NCBI GenBank assembly: GCA_051313645.2 | Contig: JBNRSN020000002.1 | Location: 542,500,001 to 542,564,000 of the forward strand | DNA: 64,000 nucleotides | Direction of reading: 5' to 3' | Source: Centroscyllium fabricii | Lineage: Eukaryota | Part shown: piece by piece, positions 45,060 to 57,412 of the stretch | Layout of the letters: the number at the start of each line of letters is the position of its first letter | How positions within the stretch are numbered: position 1 is the first letter of the stretch | Program-made: the position numbers and the translations under genes | Notes under the pieces: generated by a model | The model's database searches: none | What the model saw: the letters and a program-made list of their open reading frames with translations, nothing else | Told to the model about the DNA's origin: nothing

Positions 45060-46148
45060 GAGATACATTCAGGCTTGGGCTGACAAGTGGCAGGTAACAT
45101 TTGCACCACAGAAGTTCCAGGAAATCACTATCTCTAACAAGCGAGAGTCTAACCACCTCCCCTTGACATTCAATGGTATTACCATCACCGAATCACTCAC
45201 CATCAACATCCTGGTGGCCATCATTGACCAGAAACTTAACTGGACCAGCCACATTAATACTGTGGCAACAAGAGCAGGTCAGAGGCTAGGTATTCTGCGG
45301 CGAGTGTCTCACCTCCTGACTCCCCAAAGCCTTTCTACCATCTACAAGGCACAAGTCAGGAGTGTGATGGAATATTCTCCACTTGCCTGGATGAGTGTAG
45401 CTCCATCAACACTCAAGAAGCTCGACAACATCCAGGACAAAGCAGCCCGCTTGATTGGCACTTCCTCTGCCACCTTCAACATTCACTCCCTCCACCACCG
45501 GCGCACCATAGCTGCAGTGTGTACCATCTACAAGATGCACTGCAGCAACTCGCCAAAGCTCCTTCAACAGCACCTCCCAAACCCGTGATCTCTTCCACCT
45601 AGAAGGACAAGGTCAGCAGGCGCATGGGAACACCACCACCTCCAAGTTCCCCTCCAAGTCACACACCATCCGGACTTGAAAAGATAACACCGATCCTTCA
45701 TCGTCGCTGGGTCAAAATCCTGGAACTCCCTCCCTAACAGCACTGTGGGAGTACCTTCACCACACGGACTGCAGCAGTTCAAGAAGGTGGCTCACCCCCA
45801 CCTTCTCAAGGGCAACTAGGGATGGGTAATAAATGCTGGCCTTGCCAGCGATACGCATGTGATGAAATAGATATACTTTCATCAGCCTGTTCTTCTACCT
45901 TAGACTTACCTGTAATGTGCGTGTATGTACCGCCCACTTTTCTATTGTATGTATTGGGCTCCGCCCCCTGTCTTTTGCCATATAAAGGACTCCTGAACTG
46001 TAAGAGTCATTCGACCTGGAGAACTCAGTGTGGAATCATGTACCACAGTTCTTAGCTATTAAAAGCCTACCTTTAAGTCCTTAAACCTCTCATTCGTGTT
46101 ATTGATGGCCCATCAGCGCACATCCCATAAAAATGAATTTTTTAAAAA
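45060..46148 (+). mobile_element. CR1/L2-group LINE 3' fragment, tail split by a solo LTR
   Basis: ORF 45031-45588 is homologous to the 34793 copy. Confidence 0.88.
45858..46115 (+). mobile_element. Solo LTR
   Basis: TGTGATGAA...CCCATCA; TATAAA and ATTAAAA; TSD ACGCA/GCGCA. Confidence 0.88.
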
Positions 46149-46239
46149 AGGATAACTTATTTCTGTCATTTTCACAAGAGTACAATAGAGGTATTCTACG
46201 TCTACCTGTCAGTTACAATACAAAATCCATAAGATTAAG

Positions 46240-46640
46240 CCGATACTCTCTGGCATTTAGAAGAATGAGAGGTGATCTCATTGAAACATCCAAGATTCTG
46301 AAGATGATTGACAGGGTAGATGCTGAGAGGTTGTTTCCCCTGACTGGAGTGTCTGGAACTAGGGGGCATCGTCTCTGGAAAACCGGTCGGCCATTTTGGA
46401 CTGAGATGAGGAGGCACTTCTTCACGCCGAGGGTTGTGAATCTTTGGAATTCTCTACCCCAGAGGGCTATGGATGCTGAGTCTGTGAGTATATTCAAGAC
46501 TGAGATCGATAGATTTTTGGACTGATGGGGAATCAAGGGATATGGTGATCAGGCGGGAAAGCGGAGTTGAGATCGATGATCAGCCATGATCTTATTGAAT
46601 GGCAGAGCAAACTCGAGGGGCCGTACGGCCGACTCCTGCT
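46240..46640 (+). mobile_element. CR1 LINE 3' fragment
   Basis: RRMRGDLIETSKIL...RVVNLWNSLP. Confidence 0.9.
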
Positions 46641-47485
46641 CCTATTTCTTATGTTCTTGTTAAGCGGGCAGTGGAGTGTTTAGGAGTCAGTGGCAGAATT
46701 TTCCACCCCAGTCCAGCAGGAAAAACGCGGCCGCTATTTAGGAGATTGAGGTTGTTAAGCATTCAGATATCTGTGCGCGAGTGGATCTCAGCCTCACTGG
46801 GCCTTTATGACATGTTTAGTCACAAGACCACAGTCTTCCAAAAAAAAAAATCGCTCGTTTTGATCGGGCAAGGCAACGAACTACAAAAGCTCCATATCAC
46901 GTCACCATGGTGGCCTTACACACTCGTGATGTTATGATACATTTTGACACAATTTACACTGCATCTTGTCTGGGTTTTGGAGAGGGATTCTTTTCTCATA
47001 CGTCACCGATAACGTTCTGGATAACAACAGGCTTACCATAGCGAAAGGCGGCATTTAATTTCCTTCTTTTCCCAAGCTCATTCCCTCTATCCCTTTGCTT
47101 TTATCACCTAATTTTTATTTCTGTTATCTATGCTGCTCTGTTCATGGTTCACATCCGTATTAATTAATTCCATTTTCATAATATGCGATTTATAATCTTG
47201 GATTGCATGTATGAATGTGTACATAAAGATAGAACGCAGATTGTCCAACTCCAGTTCGGGTTATTACTCATTATTAAAAAAGGAAATACACTCCTCCATC
47301 ACAAACAGCTCTTTAATTATTACTGTTTAAAGTGCTTCTGAACCCTGTGGTATAATTAAAGGAAAACCCTCCAGAAAGGTTGTGTGCCTGTTTGTGGGTG
47401 GGTGTTTAAGAAGTTTGGCTGTGATACTACAACTATCTGACTGTGGGAGTGGAATTTTATCACAAACTGTAGAAAAGTCAAGCTT

Positions 47486-48190
47486 TCAATTCAATTCAAT
47501 TCAATTCAATTCAATTCAATTCAAGTTTTATTGTCATTGCAGAGTACTAGTGCAATACAACGAGACGAAGACTCGACTCTCCCGAGAGTAATGCAAATAA
47601 ATTACATTCAAATTGCATACAGTAAAGTACATTATCAGGCGTGCAGGTACCAGAGTTCATTTTTAGAGTTCAGGAGGCTGACAGCCCTGGGGAAGAAGCT
47701 GTTCTTAAATCTAGTCGTGCAGGTGCGAATTGATCTGTAGCGTCTCCCGGAGGGCAGGGGGGCGAACAGACTGTGGCTGGGGTGTGTGGGGTCTTTAATA
47801 ATGTTCAGAGACCTCTGTAAGCAGCGTTTGAGGTAGATGCTTTCCATTGACGGTAGCTGGGTACCGGTGATTCGTTGGGCAGTTTTGACTACCCGCTGCA
47901 GGGTTTTCCGGTCCGAGAAAGTGCAATTTCCATACCAGACAGTGATGCAGCTTGTCAGTATGCTTTCGATTGTGCAGTGGTGGAAGTTGGAGAGGATGCC
48001 GGATGACAGCCTGGCTTTCTTCAGCTTCCTTAGGAAGTACAGGCGCTGTTGGGCCTTCTTAACCAGAGAGGAGGTGTTTAGTGACCAGGAGAGATCTTCC
48101 GAGATGTGGACCCTGAGGAACTTGAAGCTGGACACCCTTTCCACCTCAGCCCCTTGGATGAAGTTGGGGGTGTGCCTTCTTAGTAAGGAA
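47486..48190 (-). mobile_element. Rex1/Babar LINE 3' fragment
   Basis: ORF 47635-48228 VERVSSFKFL...LPSGRRYRS...RFKNSFFPRA; (TTCAA)n tail. Confidence 0.92.
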
Positions 48191-48274
48191 CCCTCTACAA
48201 CCTTGTTATCATGAGGTGAAGTAGCCATTCTGTTTCAAGTGCAGGGATTCGTTCGAAGTGTTGTTCAGACACTA

Positions 48275-48555
48275 GAGTGAGTGAGTGCACCAAGTCCCGT
48301 TCGCCCATCACCCTTGTGCTCGCTGTCCTACAGTGGGCTCCCAGTCCGCCAACCCTCACTTTGAAAATTCTCATCCTTGTGTTCAAATCCCTCGGTGACC
48401 TCGCCCCTCCCAGTCTCTGTAACATCCTCCAGCCCTGCAACCCTCCGACATCTCTGCATTGCTCCAATGCTGGCCTCTTGAGCATCCCCGATGTCCCTCG
48501 CTCTACCATTGGCGGCCGTGCCTTCTGCTCCTTAGGCCCAAAGCTCTGGAATTCA
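48275..48555 (+). mobile_element. L2 LINE 3' fragment
   Basis: SPITLVLAVLQW...GGRAFCSLGPKLWN. Confidence 0.85.
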
Positions 48556-48808
48556 GAAAGGAAACAATTGAAACCGTGGAGTCTCATTCCTGTGGGTAAT
48601 AAATTGTTCCTAGAGATTTGTTAAATTTTAAATTTGCAAAACATTTTTTTACTTTTCCTTTCTTACATTTTTCTCTCTCTCTTCATCCAATTGTTCTTCT
48701 TTCTATTTATTGCTCGTTCTGTATCTAATTTGACTGTAATTCACCCAATTTCCTTCTCTGTCATTTGCTCTGTTTAGTCATAGAGTCATAGAGTCATATA
48801 GAGTCATA

Positions 48809-48948
48809 CGGTGAAAAATTGGCGCCTTAGCACCGACCCATTAGCGCCGACATAGCGCCCAAATTAGCGCCGGGCGCTAAATTAGCAGGGTGGTTAGCGC
48901 CGGCGCTATATTTAGTGGCCATTTTGTGCACTGACGAATTTTTCGGCC
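48809..48948. mobile_element. Small Harbinger-like MITE in a CR1 tail
   Basis: CGGTGAAAAATT / AATTTTTCGGCC ends; TSD ATA; repeated TAGCGCC. Confidence 0.6.
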
Positions 48949-49218
48949 ATAGAGTTATACAGCACAGAAAGAGGCCCTTCGGCCCATCGTGACCGCGCCG
49001 GCCATCAAACCCTGTCTATTCTAATCCCATTTTCCACCACTTGGTCCGTAGCCTTGTAGGCTATGGCGTTTCAAGAGCTCATCTAAATGCTTCTTGAATG
49101 TTGCAAGAAGTCACACAAAACCAGGTTGTGATTTCAAATAAAACTGTTGGACTATAACCTGGTGTTGTGTGACTTCTTGCATTTATCCACCCCAGTCCAA
49201 CAACGGCACCTCCACATC

Positions 49219-52100
49219 ATGGCTACTATCGACACCACAAACTGCCGGCTTCAAGTGGAGAGGTTGATGTATCGTCAATATCTCCGATTAAAAGAGTCGA
49301 CGAGTAGTTACCGTAACTAAAGGCTTTTAATTGCTAAGTTTGGAGCTACCCTCCGGAACGAACTTCTGTACAGGAATGAGGAGCCTCGGTCAGTTTCCAC
49401 CTATAAAGGGCCTCACCTGGGGGAGGAGTTAGAGGTGTGGCTGACCTGGCTCCCGACCGTATTACACAGGTTACAGGGCTGTGCCTTACATCCGCACAGC
49501 CCATTATTGGCACAATACAGTGGTAACAATTACATAATATGGTTACCACAGAGGTTCTCCAAGAGGATCGCACATATAGACACAGACATCAAGTATCGAC
49601 AGAGATGCAGGAAAGCAGACAAGATCCCAAAAGGACTACAGATCACGAACCCACTCAAGTGGACCTACAACACAGACTATGCTGAGAGACTCTGCCGTCG
49701 TACCTCTTGCAAACTCCTCAACCATCTCGTACACCAGCTCTACAGCAGACGCCGCAATCTCGAAACCAAGATAGAGTCCATGTTCTCAGCCTGTGCCCAG
49801 GACACAGCAGACCAGCTACGAGACACCGCCAAACAGACGAGGCAATGGAACTACACTGCCTATATGCACATCAAGAACAGGAAACTTGAGAAACTCGGCA
49901 TCACCACCAGCAGCAACCAAGTCTCCACCGGTACCACGGTTGAAACCGCAGGGAAATCCATCGTCAACTTGTCCGGCCACACCCTTCGACCAGATGAAAT
50001 CGAAGTTCTCAGCCGAGGGCTCAATTTCTGCCCCACCACCAAAATGGACCCCATCGGTCTCGTGGCAGACACAGAGGAATTCATCAGGAGAATAAGGCTC
50101 TGGGAATACTTCCACAGATCCCAAGATGTCAGCGAACCCAATGAGACAATCAATGATCCGGAACAGCAGATAGAGGAATCCGCAGTGCAGCAACCAAAGA
50201 AGAAAGAATCAAATTGGACCCCTCCGGAGGGCCGCTGCCCTAAGCTGGACATGTATGCTCAAGCTGTCAGGAGATGCATCAATGCCAAATTCATCGGCCG
50301 CACTCACAAGACAGTCCAGAATGTCACCCGAGCACAACGCAACACCATCCGCGCTCTCAAGACCAACCGCAACATCGTCATCAAACCGGCAGACAAAGGA
50401 GGAGCCATCGTTATACAGAACAGACTATTGCAAAGAAGCATACCGACAACTGGACAACCAAGAACACTACAGACAGTTACCCACAGATCTGACGAAGGAA
50501 CACACCCGCCAACTCAACAGACTTATCAAGACCTTCGATCCAGACTTTCAGAGCACCCTACGTGCCCTCATCCCATGTAATCCCCGCATGGGAGATTTCT
50601 ACTGCCTCCCAAAGATACACAAAGCCAACACACCTGGACGCCCGATTGTATCAGGCAACGAAACCCTATGTGAGAAACTCTCCGGATACATCGAGGGCAT
50701 CCTGAAACCCATCGTACAGAGAACCCCCAGCTTCTGTCGTGACACTACAGACTTCTGACAGAAACTCAGCACCCATGGATCAGTTGAACCAGGAACACTG
50801 CTCGCCATGATGGACATCTCGGCACTCTACACCAGTATCGCCCACGATGATGGCATCGCTCCGACAGCCTCAGTACTCAACACCAACAACAGCCAATCTC
50901 CAGACATCATCGTACAACTCATCTGCTTAATCTTGGCCACAATGTTTTCACTTTCGACAACAATTTTTTTACCCAAACACACGGAACAGCCATGGGGATC
51001 AAATTTGCACCCCAATACGCCAACATCTTCATGCACAAGTTCGAGCAAGACTTCTTCACTACACAGTGCCTCCAACCAACGCTATACACCAGATACATAG
51101 ACGACATTTTCCTCGGCGAAGAATCACTGAAAAGACTACACGATAACATAAACAAGTTCCATCCCATCCTTAAACTCACCATGGACTACTCCTCAGAATC
51201 GGTTTCATTCTTGGACACACGAATCTCCATCAAAGACGGACGCCTCAGCACTTCCCTCTACCGCAAACCCAAGGACAACCTCATGATGCTCCACTACTCC
51301 AGCGTCCACCCAAACCACGTTAAAGAAGCCATCCCCTATGGATAAGCCCTGCAAATACACAGGATCTGCTCTGATGAGGAGGAACACGATGGACACCTAC
51401 AGACACTGAAAGATGCCCTCGTAAGAATGGGATATGACACTCGACTCATCGATCGACAGTTCCGACGGGCCGCAACGAAAAATCGCATAGACCTCCTCAG
51501 AAGACGACCATGGGACACAACCAACAGAGTACCCTTTGTCGCCCAGTACTTCCCCGGAGCGGAGAAACGACACCATGTTCTTCGCAGCCTTCAACATGTC
51601 ATTGATGACGATGAACACCTCGCTAAGGCCATCCCCACACCTCCACTACTCGCCTTCAAACAGCCGCCTAACCTCAAACAGACCATCGTTCGCAGCAAAT
51701 TACCCAGCCTTCAGGAGAACAGCAACCACGACACCACACAACCCTGCCACAGCAACCTCTGCAAGACATGCCAAATCATCAGCACAGATACCATCATCAC
51801 ACGTGAGGACACCATACACCAGGTACATGGTACATACTCATGTGACTCGACCAACGTTGTCTACCTCATATGTTGCAGGAAAGGATGCCCCGGGGCATGG
51901 TACATTGGCGAGACCATGCAGACACTTTGACAACGGATGAACGGACACTGCACAACAATTGCCAGGCAGGAGTGTTCCCTCCCAGTCGGGGAACACTTCA
52001 GCAGTGAAGGACATTCAGCCTCCGATGTTCGGGTAAGCATTCTCGAAGGCGGCCTTCGAGACACACGACAACGCAAAATCGTCAAGCAGAGGCTGATAGC
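49219..52100 (+). pseudogene. Penelope RT / GIY-YIG endonuclease ORF, disrupted
   Basis: NLSG..L...E..VLSRGLNFCP, IKPADKGG, LPKIHK..PGRPIVS, MDISALYTSI, RYIDDIF, NVVYLICC...WYIGET; frameshifts and stops. Confidence 0.93.
49265..49550 (-). mobile_element. Solo LTR related to Gypsy family A
   Basis: Shares GGGGAGGAGTTAGAGGTGTGGCTGACCTGGC with the family A LTR; TSD GAGGT. Confidence 0.93.
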
Positions 52101-52818
52101 ATAGAGTCATCCAGACTCGAGCCGTCTTGGTTTTGTAAGGAAAATCCTTTTTTTTAAATCATTCTGTGTGCTTTCACAGACACAAGACTTTCGACCCTTT
52201 CTGACTGTGCCCCATTGATCTCAGACTAGTGCCTGATTAATATGTTAAAATATGTTGAAACACCTCTGTTTGCTCTGTGTGTCTCTGCTGAGGTGTGATG
52301 TTGCTCTCTCTCCCCTGTGTATATATGTGCTGTTGTTGAGGCCTGCAAGGCTGAAGGACCACGCTGGACACAGAGGGGTTAAAAGCAGAGTTTTTATTAA
52401 CTACTTGTTACAGCTAGGGCCAGAGAGGGAGAAAGAGACTGAGCCACCTGGTGCTCAGGTATTTAAAGGTCCCGCCGCTGGGGACGTCACTGCCGGCTGG
52501 CCACCTGGTGACGTCATCACGTCGGGGAAGTCCGTGCGTCCTCCGACGGGCGGGGCCGCTTTGCAGCCTTCCCAGCGCGGGTTCGTGGCTGCCGGTGGCG
52601 TGTCGCCACACAGCTCCCCCCCAGAATCCGCGAGGGGAAGTGTAGTTTCCTAGAGGAGAGGGAGACAAAAAAGAGAGCAGACACACATTTCGATTACACA
52701 CAGGATGTCCGACAGTTTGCCGCAATGGCCTGGTGTTGTGGCCGGCAGGTGTTGTGTGCTGTTCCGTGGTTCGAAAGATGGTGTTGTGGCGGGCCGTCAA
52801 TGCTCTGCCCGTGTCGCC

Positions 52819-55800
52819 TCAGGCGAGGCGCTTAGGTGGCCTGATGGTACGGCCGGCACGTGTGATGTGTTGCTTGTTGGTCTGTGCGGGAGTGTGGGCG
52901 GGTTTTGGTGCGGTAGGGCGGCCGCGTTTAGGTGGTTGTGCGGGGACTGTTGTCTCGCCCGCCATTACGTGTGCTGGTTTGAGCCGGTCAATGGATACGG
53001 TCTCAGTTCTGTTGCCCATTTGAATGTCAAAAGTCTTGGGTCCCGCCCGAAGCACTCTGAATGGCCCGTCGTACGGTGCCTGCAGCGGTGCTTTGTGAGA
53101 GTCATGGCGGACAAACACGTACTTGGCGTCCTGAATGTTGTTGGGGACACGTGTCGCCGGTTGACCGTGGCGGGCCACCGGAAGTGGTTTGAATTCTGCT
53201 GCCTGGTTGTTGAATTCCCTGAGGCAGCGCTCGGCCGACCAGGGTTCGGTTGTTTCTGCGACGAACTCGCCTGGTACGGTTAGTGGTTGGCCGTAAACGA
53301 GTTCGGCTGCCGAGGCGTGTAGATCTTCTTTGGCCGCTGAGCGGAGGCCGAGCATTACCCAGGGCAGGCGGTCCGTCCAGGTTGCGTCCTGGAGGCTGGC
53401 CCGCAGGGATGTTTTAAAAGTTCGGTGGAACCGTTCGCAGAGGCCGTTGGCTTGCGGGTGGTAGGCAGTGGTTCAGTGCAGGGTTACCCCAAGGTCGTGA
53501 GCGATGGTTGACCATAGGGTTGAAGTGAATTGGGGGCCCCTGTCTGAAGTAATGTCGTTGGGGACGCCGAAGCTGGCGACCCAGGTGGCGATGAAGGCCC
53601 TGGCCAGTTCGGCGGTGGTGGTCGTGTTGAGGGGGACCGCTTCAGGCCAGCGGGTGGTGCGGTCGACCATTGTGAGGAGGTACGAGTGTCCACGTGATGG
53701 GGGTAGTGGTCCAACCAGGTCGATGTGCACGTGGCTGAAGCGTCTGGCTGGGATGGCGATTGGTTGGAGCGGTGCTTTGATGTGTTTGTGCACCTTGGCT
53801 CGCTGGCAGGCATTGCACGAGGTGGTCCAGGCGCGGACATCTTGTTTTAGGCCGCGCCAAACGAATCGCGCAGAGATGAGCTTGGTGGATGCGCGGACGC
53901 CGGGGTGGGAGAGGCCGTGGAGGGTCTGGAAGATGTGCTGCCTCCACGCGGGGGGCACCACGGGCCTGGGTTGGGGCAGGGTGACGTCGCAGCGGACCGC
54001 GGTGGCTGTGGGTCCGTGTGCTACGGTGGCCAAGAGTAGGCCGGGAAGTTTGTTGGTGGGGTCGAGGAGGTCGGGATCGCTGAGTTGGTCGGCCGCCATT
54101 TTGACGTAGTCGACCGCGGTCTGGACAGTGTTGGTGGTTGGGAATGCGCAGCAATGTGCGCAGGCGCGGTTGGTGGCTGGGGTTGGGGGGTGGTCGGCGG
54201 TTTGGGTGCCGGTTGTGCCTGCGCTGCTGATGGCGGGGCCCGCGGGGTGGTCGGGGTTGGGCTTGTGAATGGCGGGTCGTGAGAGGCAGTCGGCGACCAC
54301 GTTGTCGCGGCCGGCAATGTGCTGGATGTCGGTCGTGAACTCGGACACGGCCGCGAGCTGGCGCTGCTGCCTGGCCGACCAGGGTTCGGAGAGCTTAGCC
54401 ATTGCGGAGACTAATGGTTTGTGGTCCACAAATGCTGTAAAGTGGCGGCCCTCTAAAAGGAAGCGGAAGTGGCGCACTGCGAGGTAGAGAGCGAGTAGCT
54501 CCCTATCGAAGGCGCTGTACTTGACCTCTGGTGGCCGGAGGCGGCGGCTGAAAAAGGCCAGTGGTTGCCATGAGTCGCCCGACCACTGCTCGAAGACTGC
54601 TCCGACAGCGTGGTCGGAGGCGTCGGTGGTGAGGGCTACTCTGGCGTTGGGCCTGGGGTGGCTGAGGAGGGTGGCTTTGGCAAGGGCCGTTTTGGTTGCG
54701 GTGAAAGCGGTGGCGGCTTCGGCCGTCCACTCGACCGCGGTCTTGTTGGATTGCCCGTGGGTGGCCTGGTAGAGGGGGGCCATTAGGGCGGCTGCGCCGG
54801 GGATGAAACGGTTGTAAAAATTAACCATTCCAAGGAATTCCTGCAGCCCCTTGATGGAGTGCGGGCGGGGGAATTCCTGGACGGCCTGCACCTTGGAGGG
54901 CAGGGGTATGGCCCCGGTGTGGGAGATGTGGTGGCCGAGGAAGTCAATAGCCTCGAGGCCGAATCGGCACTTGGAGGGGCTTAATATGAGGCCGTGGTCG
55001 GCCAGGCGTTTAAAAAGGGTTCTGAGGTGGATGAGGTGTTCCCGGGGGGAGGCGCTGGCCACCAGGATGTCGTCAAGATAGACGAATGTGAACTGGAGGT
55101 CCCGGAGGACTGTGTCCATGAGGCGCTGGAAAGCCTGGGCCGCGTTTTTGAGTCCGAAGGGCATCCGGAGAAATTCGAATAGGCCGAATGGGGTGATGAC
55201 GGCTGTCTTAGGGACATCCGCCGGGTGCACTGGAACTTGGTGGTAGCCCCGTACCAGGTCGATCTTTGAAAAGACCATGCAGCCGGCTAGCCTCACGGAA
55301 AAATCCTGGATGTGGGGGACTGGGTACCTATCCGGGGTGGTGGCGTTGTTGAGGCGGCGGTAGTCTCCGCAGGGGCGCCAGCCGCCATCGGGTTTGGGGG
55401 CAATGTGGAGGGGGGAGGCCCAGGGGCTGCTGGAGCGGCGGATGATGCCGAGCTGTTCCATGATGTGGAACTCGGCTCGAGCGATCTCTAGCTTGGCCGG
55501 GTCCAGCCTGCGTGCGTGGGCGTGGACCGGGGGGCCTGTGGTGGTGATGTGGTGCTCTACGCCGTGCTTGGCGGAGCGGGCTGTGAAGGTGGGGTTGGTT
55601 AGGGTGGGGAACTCGGCGAGCAGCGTGGCGTACGTGTCGGAGTTGCGGGCCCGGCAGTGAGCTGCCGCGTGGGTCTGGTGTGCTGGGGCTGTGGAGCACG
55701 GAATGGTCGACATGATTTGGATGTCGACCAGGCGGCGCCGGGTAACATCGACAAGGAGCCCGTGGGCGCACAGAAAGTCGGCTCCGAGTAGGGGCGTGTT

Positions 55801-56766
55801 AACCTGCGCGGTGATGAAGTCCCACGTATACCTGTGGCCTGCTAGTTTAATGGTAAGCTGGCGGGTACCGAACGTGAGTATCTCGGAGCCGTTTGCGGCT
55901 TCGAGTGGTGGGCCTTGGGTGCCCTGCTTGGATTCTGCGGGGGAGGCTGGCACAATGCTGTGCTGCGCGCCTGTGTCGCAGAGGAAACGGAGGCCTGAGA
56001 CACTGTCTGTAACGAAGAGCAGCGCTCCGGAGCGGCCGACGCACATGGTGGGGCTGGGGCAGGTTTGGGGTTTGAAGTTGCAGGGCGGAACGCAGCGCTG
56101 CGCTTTGGCCTCAAACCTGGTATGGTAGTAGCACCAGCCGGTTGCCGCGGTGCGTGGCTTTTTGTGGGTCCGCGCGGCTCTGAGTTGGGGCCGGGGTTGT
56201 GGTTGGTGCTGCTCTTGTTGAGCGGCAGCGTGGCGGTGCATGGTGGCGCGGGTGCGCTCGGCCTTAATGAGCTTGTCTGCCTCCTGAGCTAGCTGCCTGT
56301 TTGAGAGGTGCTCCAAGACCGTCAGTGTCGGTCTGATGGAGGGCGGCAGCTTAAGGAGGTAGAGGGCGCGCTTAAGGGTGTCTGAGTCGCGATTGAGCGC
56401 CTCGAACTGGGCCCACAAGTCGGTGGGGTCTGCATCTCCCAGGTCGGGGAGGTTAATGACCTGGCAATCGTGCTCGAAAATGGTTGGGGTAAATTTTGCG
56501 AGCAGCGCGGCCTTTAGCGATTCGTACCTGCCAGCAGAAGTGTCTTCCTCGATGGTGTCCCACATTCTGTCGATGGTGGACTGTGCGAGGGCTGCGAAGA
56601 GCAGGCTGTAGCGGTCGTCTGCGTGCACGCCATGGATGCGGAAGGTGTTCTCGGTGTTGCGAAACCAAGCCGCTGGACGGAGCTCCCAGAATTGTGGTAT
56701 GGTTGGGACCGGGAGGTAAACTTGGCCCCGTCTGCCTTGGCGTGCTGAGTCGTTTGCTGCTGGCAT
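52819..56766 (-). pseudogene. gag-pol with one in-frame TGA (53473-53475) in the integrase core
   Basis: CYYHTRF...RCVPPC, LCDTGA, YLDDIL, TDAS, HHCC; frame continues LH*TTAYHPQANG to 52819 including YDGPF. Confidence 0.93.
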
Positions 56767-56849
56767 GGTGGTAGCGATTCGGCTGCGGCAGCTTGGCCCT
56801 CAGTCCTGCAGTGGCTGCTTCATTGTTCACCTGAGAAACGTCTCAGGTA

Positions 56850-56861
56850 TCGGGGTCACCA
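56850..56861 (-). promoter_or_regulatory. Primer-binding site, tRNA-Trp
   Basis: TGGTGACCCCGA one base after the 5' LTR. Confidence 0.85.
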
Positions 56862-57375
56862 GTGTTGAGGCCTGCAAGGCTGAAGGACCACGCTGGACAC
56901 AGAGGGGTTAAAAGCAGAGTTTTTATTAACTACTTGTTACAGCTAGGGCCAGAGAGGGAGAAAGAGACTGAGCCACCTGGTGCTCAGGTATTTAAAGGTC
57001 CCGCCGCTGGGGACGTCACTGCCGGCTGGCCACCTGGTGACGTCATCACGTCGGGGAAGTCCGTGCGTCCTCCGACGGGCGGGGCCGCTTTGCAGCCTTC
57101 CCAGCGTGGGTTCGTGGCTGCCGGTGGCGTGTCGCCACACTGTCTTCATATTGTGGAGGTGCCAGAGTTGGACTGGGGTGGACAAATGCAAGAAGTCACA
57201 CAACACCAGGTTATAGTCCAACAGTTTTATTTTAAATCACAAGCTTTCGGAGCATCTGCCCCTTCGTCAGGTGAAAGGGCAGACGCTCCGAAAGCTTATG
57301 ATTTAAAATAAAACTGTTGGACTATAACCTGGTGTTGTGTGACTTCTTGCATCTGTCTTCATATTAACTTCTCTT

Positions 57376-57412
57376 TCACCTGAGGAAGGAGCGGCGCTCC
57401 GAAAGCTTGTGA
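57376..57412 (+). ncRNA. Minimal hammerhead ribozyme motif in the PLE terminal repeat
   Basis: TCAC-CTGAGGA-A-GGAG(cggcg)CTCC-GAAA-GCTT-GTGA; an antisense copy lies at 57237-57274. Confidence 0.72.

Larger units (their letters stand above)
52334..57139 (-). mobile_element. Young full-length Gypsy LTR retrotransposon, CsRn1-like
   Basis: 277-bp LTRs 56863-57139 and 52334-52610 with one mismatch seen; 4-bp TSD CTGT; tRNA-Trp-type PBS; CHCC Gag motif. Confidence 0.97.

Noticed and set aside
49435-49550. N-terminus of the 381-aa ORF
   Set aside because: Read-through from an antisense solo LTR; the real PLE start is the ATG at 49219.
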